51,340 nucleotides of DNA from Candidatus Zixiibacteriota bacterium (GTDB lineage: Bacteria; Zixibacteria; MSB-5A5; WJJR01), in assembly GCA_016199865.1 (NCBI GenBank), contig JACQFV010000067.1, forward strand, positions 1 to 51,340, given 5' to 3'. A model generated the notes under the pieces. It was not told the origin of the DNA, made no database searches, and was given only the letters and a program-made list of their open reading frames with translations. This document shows positions 18,027 through 26,635 of the stretch, in pieces; positions within the stretch are counted from its first letter, which is position 1, and each line of letters starts with the position of its first letter. The position numbers and the translations under genes are program-made.

Positions 18027-18623
18027 TTACAAAGTCCTCCTGAGTGAATCCACGATTTGAAGAACTGGTCTGGGTCGGAACAGTCGCGTCAACCGTTGCC
18101 GCCGACCGTTCGGGCCATGGCCTCTCGCCATGATCGTCTTATCGGCGTTTCCGGCTTTCAGGTTGCTTGCACTGGCTGCCATCGCTCGTTCCTGACCTTT
18201 CCATCTCTCCATTCTTTCGCAGGGCTCGGTTGCCAAATCGTCCATCCTCTTGTGGATCGTCTGACGTTCACCCGAATCGCCTGCTCGTTGCAGATCGTTT
18301 TCATCGGCTTACGCCGTAATGCGGGGAAACGGACATTCTTGAACGGGTTCGGAGGAGAACGTACTTACCCGCTCGGCTCGTACCCTTTCCCTCGCAGAAA
18401 GGGAGCACCGTTCGGTTGGTATTCTGGATCGAAGAGTCACCAGCGGCTTTTCTCAAACCACCGGCTTTAAACGCTCGATAATAAGATACTACGCGGCGCC
18501 TTCCTGTCAACGTTTTTTCCAAATTTTTTCTTGAAACCGCAAAATAAATTGGTCACCTTGAAGCCGGATCAGTCCTCGGCTGATTTCCCGAAGGCCCTGA
18601 CCCACGGAGAATCCAAGCCGATC

Positions 18624-20294
18624 ATGCGTCCCGGCGCCTTGTGTGGGGGGCTCGGTTCGATCCTGACGGTCCTCTGGGCGGCCAGTCTTGGGCTCATGTC
18701 CGCAGCCCACGCCGAATGCCCGCCGCCGATCGGGACTCAAGCCACCGCCTATCCCCAAGGTTCCGTCGCCGTCTCTTGGTTTCATCCCGCCCGATTCGCC
18801 GACACTCTAATCGCGCACAAAGGCCCGTTTCACAATGGGTTCCACATCGGCGGCGGCTTCGCCAACCCGCGCATCGCCATCCGCCTGCCCGGCGGAATGG
18901 CCGGAGAGATGCTCTACGCGGACTCTGCCTATTTCCTTGCCAAACAAGGCGTTTCCGGCGACGACTGGAGAGCGAAAGCGAGTTTCGACTGGTCAGTCTA
19001 CTCGGATTCTTCTGATCTCCCGGGACATCCCGTCATGGACAAAGTTACCTGTCCTCTGGGGGCAGACCCCGCCTTAGTTCTCGGCAACTGGTTCGTCCAG
19101 ATCATCGGCTGGCGAATCCCCGACTCCCTAACCGGGCCTCTGTGGCTGGTCGGACATTGGCCGGCACCAGCGGACAGCGTCGTCCTGATCGGCTCTGACA
19201 ATTTGGGGCCAGCCCTACCAACCCTGGCCGGTTACGTCGATCCCGTGTCGGGCCCCGTATGGAATTCCCTGACTCAGACGGGGTTACTCGTGCAGGTCGT
19301 CATGCTCCGTGATCGGAGGGATAGCACCACGGACATCGTCTATCTTGCTCCACCGAGCTTCCGCGTCATCGGCACGACCGTTTCCGGCCCCGATTCTCTT
19401 CGCAGTGACACGACAGATGGAGTCTTTGCAAGTGCGTGTCTCTGGGTCGACAGTGTTGTATCTTCTGGTCAGACAAGGGAATATGGCGTAATCACCGTAT
19501 GCGACGGCGACACCAGCCCAGTCAATACCAGCTCACCGGTTACCATTCCTGCGCTCTGGCCAATCTCGATCACTCCTGATGCCATCGATGCCTTCCTCTT
19601 GGCCGGTGCCGATTCAGTCCTCTATCTAAGCGTCAGGAATGACAGTGGCGATACCGTTTCGGTACATGTCGACCCATCTATCACATTGAATCCCATCTCA
19701 TTGGACAAATCATTTGGCAGCAACTCCTCCCTGGACATTTCCGTCAGTCCCGATCTTTTCATCCTGGCCCCCGATTCGGTTCAGCCGCTCCGTCTGCAGC
19801 CGGCATCCCATCCTCTCCCTCTGGGGACGTTTTCAGGCCGATTGCCGATCGAAGTCACCAAGACTGGGGATTCCGCCAAGGATCGGTATTTCGTTCGGAT
19901 CTTGCTTCGGATCGACGAACCCTTGGGGATTCCCGCCTCGGGAAATGACTCGGTGCCGGGCCAAGCCGGCAAGCCCAGAATCAGGGTCAGGCAATTGGGA
20001 GGTCAGAACGGAGGGGATATCCAAGTCAGTATGGAGCTCCCTCAGCCAAGACCGACCGACTCTCCCCAAGGGGGTGGATTTCTTGAAGCTCCCGAAGTGC
20101 CGGTCTCGATCCGGGTCAGTGACATCTTGGGCCGGACCATCTATGACGCAGAGCTCTCCGATCTTGGGACTAACGGGTCGCAAATTTCCACAATCAGTAT
20201 TTCCGGAAGCGCCCGGTGGCCATCGGGGGTATATTTCTGCAGGGTGAGGCAGGGGGGCAAATCCGGGTCGGCCCCAATGCTCCATGTAAAATGA
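18624..20294 (+). CDS. Secreted hypothetical protein with T9SS-type C-terminal sorting domain
   Basis: ATG at 18624 gives the signal peptide 'MRPGALCGGLGSILTVLWAASLGLMSAAHA'; the listed TTG at 18531 is less likely. C-terminus 'VSIRVSDILGRTIYDAEL..WPSGVYFCRVRQGGKSGSAPMLHVK'. Confidence 0.75.
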   Translation: MRPGALCGGLGSILTVLWAASLGLMSAAHAECPPPIGTQATAYPQGSVAVSWFHPARFADTLIAHKGPFHNGFHIGGGFANPRIAIRLPGGMAGEMLYADSAYFLAKQGVSGDDWRAKASFDWSVYSDSSDLPGHPVMDKVTCPLGADPALVLGNWFVQIIGWRIPDSLTGPLWLVGHWPAPADSVVLIGSDNLGPALPTLAGYVDPVSGPVWNSLTQTGLLVQVVMLRDRRDSTTDIVYLAPPSFRVIGTTVSGPDSLRSDTTDGVFASACLWVDSVVSSGQTREYGVITVCDGDTSPVNTSSPVTIPALWPISITPDAIDAFLLAGADSVLYLSVRNDSGDTVSVHVDPSITLNPISLDKSFGSNSSLDISVSPDLFILAPDSVQPLRLQPASHPLPLGTFSGRLPIEVTKTGDSAKDRYFVRILLRIDEPLGIPASGNDSVPGQAGKPRIRVRQLGGQNGGDIQVSMELPQPRPTDSPQGGGFLEAPEVPVSIRVSDILGRTIYDAELSDLGTNGSQISTISISGSARWPSGVYFCRVRQGGKSGSAPMLHVK

Positions 20295-20322
20295 TCCAGT
20301 CGGCCTGCCGATGGGAGTGTCA

Positions 20323-21018
20323 ATGAAGTGGGGTCACGCGCTCGTAATCATCTGCCTGGTAATGGTTTTCGCCCCGTCGCCGGAGGTCGCCGCGGCGCCG
20401 AAAATGCGATTCTCCGAACGGCTCTTCGATTTCGGCTACATGCCTGAGGGGCTGCGCGCCCAGCACCGCTATTGGCTCTACAACGTCGGGACGGACACCC
20501 TTTTCGTGAAGAGTGTCAAACCGTCCTGCGGTTGCACCACAGTGCCGTTGCCGCGAAAGCAGATCCGACCGGGCGATTCGGTTCCTTTGGATCTCTCATT
20601 CGACACCCACCGTTATCAGCTGCGGGTGAACAAATCGGTGACAGTCTACAGCGATGATACCACACAACCTGAAGCCAAGATTTACTTTACGGCCTACATC
20701 GGCGACTCGGCCCAAGCCATCCGGGTCGAGCCCAAGACGGCCTACCTCGACACCCTCGGCAAAGAGCAGCAGGTCATCACCGTCACCAATGCTTCGGATC
20801 GGGTCTACCGGGTTTCACTGACCTCACCCCCACCCGGCTACATGTCGGTCGACATCCCAGCCCCAGAGATTCCCGCCAACAGTAAGGCGCAATTGGTCTT
20901 GAAGGCAGGCCCGAAGACTCCCGTCGGTGAATACTCCGGCTCCCTGACACTGCGATTTGCCGGGCCGGACACGATCTCATTTACTGTCCCCATCTACGGG
21001 ATGGGCTATTATCATTGA
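20323..21018 (+). CDS. DUF1573 domain protein (two Ig-like modules), secreted
   Basis: Signal peptide 'MKWGHALVIICLVMVFAPSPEVAA' and the hallmark 'FDFGYMPEG..YWLYNVGTDTLFVKSVKPSCGCT'. Confidence 0.85.
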   Translation: MKWGHALVIICLVMVFAPSPEVAAAPKMRFSERLFDFGYMPEGLRAQHRYWLYNVGTDTLFVKSVKPSCGCTTVPLPRKQIRPGDSVPLDLSFDTHRYQLRVNKSVTVYSDDTTQPEAKIYFTAYIGDSAQAIRVEPKTAYLDTLGKEQQVITVTNASDRVYRVSLTSPPPGYMSVDIPAPEIPANSKAQLVLKAGPKTPVGEYSGSLTLRFAGPDTISFTVPIYGMGYYH

Positions 21019-21084
21019 CACGCCCGGACACGAGTGATCGCGATTGCTCGGTAGTTCTCAATCGCGGCCCTGATCGGGACGCTC

Positions 21085-21516
21085 ATGGTTTTCCGCTTCA
21101 ATTACTTGCCCGACATTGCCTTGGCCGATGCCGCCTTGGAGGTCTGGGCCGATAGTTGGGGCGAACTCTTGGCTGGCGCAACCGCGGCCATGACCGCACT
21201 CATGGTGGTGCCAGAAGATCTAAAGCCCCTCAAGCAGCAGACAGTCGAAGTCCGGGCTGAGTCCGTCGGGCAGCTTCTCTATGATTGGCTCTCGGAGTTG
21301 ATCTTTCTCAAGGACACAGTCGGCCTTCTCGTTGTCTCCGCACAAGTCGAAGTCGTTGCCGGAGAATCTTGGTGTGCCGCCAGCCGACTGCAAGGCGACA
21401 CGATCGATCCTGCCCGTCATCGGCTCGGGCGGGACGTCAAAGCCGTCACATACCATCGCTTCGAGGTGACTCAGCGAGGCTCAGAATTTTACGCCAAGAT
21501 CGTGTTGGACATATAG
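21085..21516 (+). CDS. Archease (RtcB activator)
   Basis: 143 aa. C-terminal 'VKAVTYHRFEVTQRGSEFYAKIVLDI' is the archease signature. It lies immediately upstream of rtcB. Confidence 0.85.
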   Translation: MVFRFNYLPDIALADAALEVWADSWGELLAGATAAMTALMVVPEDLKPLKQQTVEVRAESVGQLLYDWLSELIFLKDTVGLLVVSAQVEVVAGESWCAASRLQGDTIDPARHRLGRDVKAVTYHRFEVTQRGSEFYAKIVLDI

Positions 21517-21521
21517 ATAAC

Positions 21522-22973
21522 ATGAGAGAGCTGGCCAAGCAAATCAGCCCCAATGTCTGGGAGATTCCTCCCAGCGCCAAGACGGGGATGCGTGTACCAG
21601 CCCGGATTCTCGCCTCTCCCGGCATCTTCGCGACGATGGATGACGGAGTCTTTGAGCAAATTACGAATGTCGCGACTCTGCCCGGGATCCAGCGTCATGC
21701 CCTTTGCATGCCCGACGGACACTGGGGGTATGGTTTCCCCATCGGCGGCGTCGCTGCCTTCGATTTGGAAACCGGCGTAATTTCTCCCGGCGGAATTGGT
21801 TTCGACATCAACTGTGGTATGCGTTTGTTACGCACTAACTTAACGCTCGACGAAGTACGGCCACGCTTGGCGTCGCTCATGGACACCCTCTACTCCCTGG
21901 TTCCCTGTGGAGTCGGCTCCAAGGGTGTTCTCCGCCTCTCGGAGAGCGAGTATCGCCAGATGACGACTATGGGTGCGGGGTGGTGCGTCGAACGCGGCTA
22001 CGGCTGGCCAGAGGACCCAGATCACATCGAAGAGCAAGGGTGCATCCCCAGCGCCGACCCCGATCAATGTTCTTCCAAGGCGGTCCAGAGGGGGCTCAAT
22101 CAACTGGGAACTTTGGGATCGGGGAACCACTATCTGGAAGTCCAGGTAGTGCGCCCGGAGAATGTCTTTGATGCCCAAGTGGCACAATCGTTTGGGATTG
22201 GAATACAAGATCAGATCTGCGTGATGGTCCACTGTGGTTCGCGCGGCTTCGGGCATCAGGTCGCCACAGATTACCTGCGCGCATTTGGTCCAGTCATGAC
22301 GAAGCACGGCATCACAATGATCGACAAAGAACTGGCTTGTGCGCCATTCTCCACTCCTGAGGCGCGAAGTTATTTTGGCGCAATGAATTGCGCCGCCAAT
22401 TCCGCCTTTGCCAACCGCCAAGTGATCACCCATCGAATCCGGGAAGCGTTCGCTAAGACATTTGGCAAGAATGAGTTGGATATGGGGCTGGAGATCATCT
22501 ACGATGTTGCGCACAACATCGCCAAAGTCGAGCGCTATGAAATCGACGGTAAGACCAAAGACCTGCTGGTCCATCGCAAGGGGGCGACGCGCTCGTTCGG
22601 CCCCGGGCAGGTCCAATTGCCGGTCGACTATCGTGATATAGGACAGCCAGTTATCGTCGGCGGCTCGATGGAAACCGGGTCGTACTTGCTCGTCGGGACA
22701 CAACGGGCCATGGATGAGACATTTGGCTCCACTCTCCATGGTTCGGGCCGCACCATGTCACGTACCAAGGCGAAAACCATGATCAAAGGCGAGAAACTGC
22801 GCCAGAGTCTCTTGGATCGTGGTATCGCTATCCGCACCGCGTCACTTTCCGGCTTGGCAGAAGAAGCCGGGTTCGCCTACAAGGACATCTCCGAAGTTGT
22901 TGCCGCCGTTCACAATCTGGGCATCTCGCGGCGCGTGGTACGATTCCTGCCCATCGGCAACATCAAGGGCTGA
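21522..22973 (+). CDS. rtcB: RNA-splicing ligase RtcB
   Basis: 'GYGFPIGGVAAF', 'DINCGMRLL', 'GSGNHYLEVQ', 'HCGSRGFGHQVA', 'HRKGATR', 'LHGSGR'. The ATG at 21522 is used; the listed 21285 start would overlap archease. Confidence 0.95.
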   Translation: MRELAKQISPNVWEIPPSAKTGMRVPARILASPGIFATMDDGVFEQITNVATLPGIQRHALCMPDGHWGYGFPIGGVAAFDLETGVISPGGIGFDINCGMRLLRTNLTLDEVRPRLASLMDTLYSLVPCGVGSKGVLRLSESEYRQMTTMGAGWCVERGYGWPEDPDHIEEQGCIPSADPDQCSSKAVQRGLNQLGTLGSGNHYLEVQVVRPENVFDAQVAQSFGIGIQDQICVMVHCGSRGFGHQVATDYLRAFGPVMTKHGITMIDKELACAPFSTPEARSYFGAMNCAANSAFANRQVITHRIREAFAKTFGKNELDMGLEIIYDVAHNIAKVERYEIDGKTKDLLVHRKGATRSFGPGQVQLPVDYRDIGQPVIVGGSMETGSYLLVGTQRAMDETFGSTLHGSGRTMSRTKAKTMIKGEKLRQSLLDRGIAIRTASLSGLAEEAGFAYKDISEVVAAVHNLGISRRVVRFLPIGNIKG

Positions 22974-22993
22974 TCCCAAACCCCCAAAAACAA

Positions 22994-23022
22994 CCGCCCC
23001 GGTCCATAAAGGACCGGGGCGG
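22994..23022. terminator. Hairpin terminator in the convergent gap between rtcB and the 1027-aa gene
   Basis: ccgccccggtcc-ataaa-ggaccggggcgg (12-bp stem). On the minus strand it is followed by TTGTTTTTGGGGG. Confidence 0.7.
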
Positions 23023-23050
23023 AAGGACTTAAGACGAATGGGGCAGAGGG

Positions 23051-26000
23051 TTACTTCAACAGCGTCATCTTGCGGGTCGCCGTGAAATCAGCGGCCTGGA
23101 CACGGTAGAAGTAGACACCTGACGCCACATGCGTTCCGGCGTTGTCAGTGCCATCCCACGCGACTTGAGCGCGTCCGGCATCATGACCCGCAAAGGTCCG
23201 CACTGTCTGGCCGGCGATGTTGTAAATCGCCAGCGACCAATCCGTCTCCTGCTTCAAGTTGAAGGCGATAACCGTCCCCGCGTTGAACGGATTCGGATAG
23301 TTCTGCAACAGCGCATACTCCGTGGGCACAGCCGACTTGGCCGCGCTCGAGGACAGAAGGGCGCCGGAGGCATCCGACATTTGCACGTCGGCCAATTCGA
23401 TCGCGCCATCACCGGTCGTCGGGATGGTCAGGATCTCGTTGGCGCCGGCATTGACCCGGGCGCCTTTGTCCCAAGCATAGACCAACACGCGCAGTTCACC
23501 GTTCTCCGCATGGGACGCCATCCGCAAATTGGCGGCGGCCGGCGAGAGAACCGGTGTCCCGACGCCCATTCCAGAGTACCGGAAGACCAACAAGGCGCCG
23601 CCGAGCTCGACCGAGGAATTGGTCTGCACGTGGACGGTGTTGTTTTCAACCCGCATGTTCGCCGTGCCGCTGTTCAGGTAGGGCGACATCTTCGGATTGC
23701 CCGGATCGTTCGGGAAGGGCTGCGCGTCGCCGGTGATGACCCGGATCAGATAGATCAGGTCGGCCACCGTCAGCGGCACGCCGTCGTCGTTGACGTCGGA
23801 CGCGAGAATCTGGGACTCCCGATATCCACCCTGCGACTGCGGCAGCGTGAAGACGTCGGGACCATAGATGAAGTAGTTCGTGAACAACACCGCGTCACCG
23901 ACTTCGTTGGCGATGTTGTTCAGGTTGATGTCGCCGCGATCGTCATGCGGCGGAATGACGCAGATCCAGCCGTCGCACAGCGAGATGATGTCCCGGGCCA
24001 CGTGCTTGCGCGGGTCGATGCACGACTGATCCGAGCCGATCGGGATGAACAACGTGTCACCCGTCACGGAGGACAGCGTGTTGTCGCCGCAATCCAGCGT
24101 GCAGAAGGCCACGCGGAAACACTGGCCGATGAAGTTACGATCGCTGGAGACCAGGAACTTCAGCGCGATGATCTTGCCGTCCAGGTGGAAGTCCGCCGGC
24201 GCCGGGTGGATCGTTGAGCCATTGTTCAAGTCGGCAATGGCCACAACCCGGAGGTAGCCGGAGGGGCAGCCGCCCGTGCAGTTCGAATTGGCGCTGAACC
24301 GCCAGGTGAAGTATTCCCACTTCTTCAGGTTCCCCTCCGCGGTCGCGCCGAGGAAGGACATCCCGGACTTGTCGTAGCACAGAAGCAGGTCCAAACCACC
24401 CAACGGATAGCTGTTGCTAACCTTGACCCAGATCGTCGCCGTCTGGCCGCTCAGTACTTCCACGATGCTGTCGGTGCCAACTTCGTCGCCGACGCACAGC
24501 TTGTAGGACAGAACGGTGATGTCAAAGCAGCAGGTGTCCTTCTGTCCGCACTCGTCCGACCCGATGACGCAGGCGGTCCATACACCAGCATCGCACTCAT
24601 TCGCGGCAGAAGTCTGCCATGAGAAGTGGCCGGAATCATCGACCGTCGGAGCGTTGTCCGGACCGCAGGCCTGATGGCTGTCGGCGGTCTTGACAAAGCT
24701 CAACAGCGAGTAGTGGATCTTCCCGCCGTCGGCGTCTGTCCCGGTTGCCGTCCCCTTGATCAAGTCACCCAACAGTGCCAAAGGTATGGTCGGGCAGGTG
24801 ATCACGGGGGCCGGATTGACCACGGTCACGGTGAAGCAGCAGGTGTCGGCCTTTTCGCAGTCGAACACCCGCACGCAGATCGTGATCGGACCCTTGCCGA
24901 AATCGGCGCAATCCGGGTCAAACGTCAAGGTGCTGCCGCTGATCGTCGGGGCGTTTTGCGGCGCGGGAACGGCCGAAATCACCGTCCACGTCAACGGGCA
25001 CTTGCAATTGTCGTCCGTCGCGACCAGAGGCACGTTCGCATTCGCTGCATTCCAGTTGATCGTGATGTTGGCCGGATTGGTGCACACCGGCGCATTCTGG
25101 AACACGGTCACGTTGAACGTGCAGAGGACCGAATCGCAACCGTCGGAGGCGTAGAAAGAGATGACGTGTGTGCCGACGTCGGCGCACGTCGTGGCCCAGT
25201 TGTACACTCCGGCGGAAGTCACCGTGCCCGGCGATCCCGCAGCCAGTGAATAGCTGAACGGATTGCCGTCGGCATCGCTCGCATTCAACTGCTTGCCAAC
25301 CACTCCGGTCTGGAAATACACGGTCACGTCCGCGTTGGTGCCGCAAACCGGCGCGGTGTTGGTCACGGTCACAGTGAAGGTGCACTGAACCGACGCGCCG
25401 CACTGATCGGTGGCCCGGAAGGTCACCGTGTGTACGCCTTTGTCCTGGCAGGACGCGCAGTAGTTGAACTTTCCATCCAGGGAAACGGTCGCGCCATGCA
25501 GACCACCCGCGTTGGCCAGGGAATACGCCAACGGGTTGTCGCAGACGTCAGGATCCGAGGCGTTCAACTGCTTGTTCACGACGCACGCGGTGAAGTTACG
25601 TGATTCGTTGCTGTTCTGGCCACAAACCGGCGGTTTGTTTTCCAGCGGAAGCGTGCTTTTGAACCACTCGATGGTGTCCTTGCATGCACCGCAGTCGAAA
25701 GAGATGTATGCACCCGCTGGCGGGAAAAAGGCCGTGTCAATGACGATATCGCCTTGGCAAGTACTGGGGGTTTGGATCGTCAAGATCCAGAGAGCGGGAT
25801 AATTGCCTGGGGGCAGGCAACACCCGCTGAAATTCACAACACCCGTCGTCCCCGGAAAACCGCCCACGCCGGTCAAACAACCGGCCAGAGCAGCCGTCGG
25901 AGTCGCCGACAGAATCGTCGCTCCTCCGGAAATGGTCAGGGGTAAGCCCCAACCACCGATGGAACTCGTGGTGTTGAGAAAGATCGGCACCTGAATGGTC

Positions 26001-26134
26001 GCGCAGCGGGGTATCCCCTGGTTCTGCTGACCGTTCGGGTGACCGAGACCACCAGAATTGCTGGCAAAGGCGACACCGGATGAGAGAAGCAGGGCCAGAC
26101 CTACGCAGGCCAGTACTGTCAGTTTATGCTTCAT
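23051..26134 (-). CDS. 1027-aa secreted protein: signal peptide, about 4 Cys-rich Ig-like modules, cohesin-like module, dockerin-like module, T9SS C-terminal sorting domain
   Basis: Signal peptide 'MKHKLTVLACVGLALLLSSGVAFA'. Modules end in '..TFTVTVTNTAPVC', '..TFNVTVFQNAPVC', '..CFTVTVVNPAPVI'. Cohesin-like 'ATIWVKVSNSYPLGGLDLLLCYDKSGMSFLGA'. Dockerin-like 'GDINLNNIANEVGDAVLFTNYFIYG..SDVNDDGVPLTVADLIYLIRVITGD'. CTD 'LLQNYPNPFNAGTVIAF..SGVYFYRVQAADFTATRKMTLLK'. Confidence 0.88.
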   Translation of the reverse strand: MKHKLTVLACVGLALLLSSGVAFASNSGGLGHPNGQQNQGIPRCATIQVPIFLNTTSSIGGWGLPLTISGGATILSATPTAALAGCLTGVGGFPGTTGVVNFSGCCLPPGNYPALWILTIQTPSTCQGDIVIDTAFFPPAGAYISFDCGACKDTIEWFKSTLPLENKPPVCGQNSNESRNFTACVVNKQLNASDPDVCDNPLAYSLANAGGLHGATVSLDGKFNYCASCQDKGVHTVTFRATDQCGASVQCTFTVTVTNTAPVCGTNADVTVYFQTGVVGKQLNASDADGNPFSYSLAAGSPGTVTSAGVYNWATTCADVGTHVISFYASDGCDSVLCTFNVTVFQNAPVCTNPANITINWNAANANVPLVATDDNCKCPLTWTVISAVPAPQNAPTISGSTLTFDPDCADFGKGPITICVRVFDCEKADTCCFTVTVVNPAPVITCPTIPLALLGDLIKGTATGTDADGGKIHYSLLSFVKTADSHQACGPDNAPTVDDSGHFSWQTSAANECDAGVWTACVIGSDECGQKDTCCFDITVLSYKLCVGDEVGTDSIVEVLSGQTATIWVKVSNSYPLGGLDLLLCYDKSGMSFLGATAEGNLKKWEYFTWRFSANSNCTGGCPSGYLRVVAIADLNNGSTIHPAPADFHLDGKIIALKFLVSSDRNFIGQCFRVAFCTLDCGDNTLSSVTGDTLFIPIGSDQSCIDPRKHVARDIISLCDGWICVIPPHDDRGDINLNNIANEVGDAVLFTNYFIYGPDVFTLPQSQGGYRESQILASDVNDDGVPLTVADLIYLIRVITGDAQPFPNDPGNPKMSPYLNSGTANMRVENNTVHVQTNSSVELGGALLVFRYSGMGVGTPVLSPAAANLRMASHAENGELRVLVYAWDKGARVNAGANEILTIPTTGDGAIELADVQMSDASGALLSSSAAKSAVPTEYALLQNYPNPFNAGTVIAFNLKQETDWSLAIYNIAGQTVRTFAGHDAGRAQVAWDGTDNAGTHVASGVYFYRVQAADFTATRKMTLLK

Positions 26135-26534
26135 TCTCCTTTGCTCCTTTACGTTGTCACACTTGCAACGATGTCAGCACCAATGCTGACTTGATTTGCG
26201 TCCGCCATTCTTATTGCCTGGCGATCATGTCGCCGGTCGGCAACTGATGACGACGCAAAGAGTTAACGTACTACAGATGGAATTCTATCGGCAAAGGAAA
26301 TCCAAGACGCAGGACACCCTACGGTTTTTAGAATCTCTCTCGACTCCAACCCGAAGGCGTTCGATATTGCGGCACAACTTGTTAAGCAGTCAACAAACTG
26401 CTCAGCACGTGATAGTAGTTTACGTCCTTTTTTCAGATTGTCAAGAAAAAACAGAAGTTTTTTTCGAGGCGGAGTAGCCGGGCGAGTTCTCAATGGCCTG
26501 CCTTGGCCATCCAAATGGTGACGTGAATGTGCCG

Positions 26535-26593
26535 GTCAGCCCTTGGGCTGACGGCGAACGGGATCGTAGGAGGGTCAGCCCAAGGGCTGACCC
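26535..26593. repeat. Two copies of palindrome gtcagccc-(tt/aa)-gggctgac, 20 bp apart
   Basis: The copies are at 26535-26552 and 26572-26593. They lie just downstream of the minus-strand cysteine-synthase-family gene and are likely REP/terminator-like. Confidence 0.8.
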
Positions 26594-26635
26594 TCACGGT
26601 AGCGTCATCAGGTTATCGGGCCTCAGCAGTCGTTC

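Noticed and set aside
21285-21521. An N-terminal extension of the rtcB ORF (listed start 21285) overlaps archease.
   Set aside because: The extension is out of frame with archease and Arg/Ser-rich. The conserved RtcB N-terminus begins at the ATG at 21522, 6 nt after the archease stop.
23129-25249. Plus-strand ORFs 23129-24217 (362 aa) and 24626-25249 (207 aa) lie opposite the 1027-aa gene.
   Set aside because: These are antisense artefacts. The minus frame carries signal peptide, cohesin/dockerin and CTD motifs.
26196-26477. A 93-aa plus-strand ORF lies in the leader of the 1027-aa gene.
   Set aside because: It lies in A/T-rich non-coding-looking sequence, has no RBS and no motifs, and its composition is unlike neighbouring genes.
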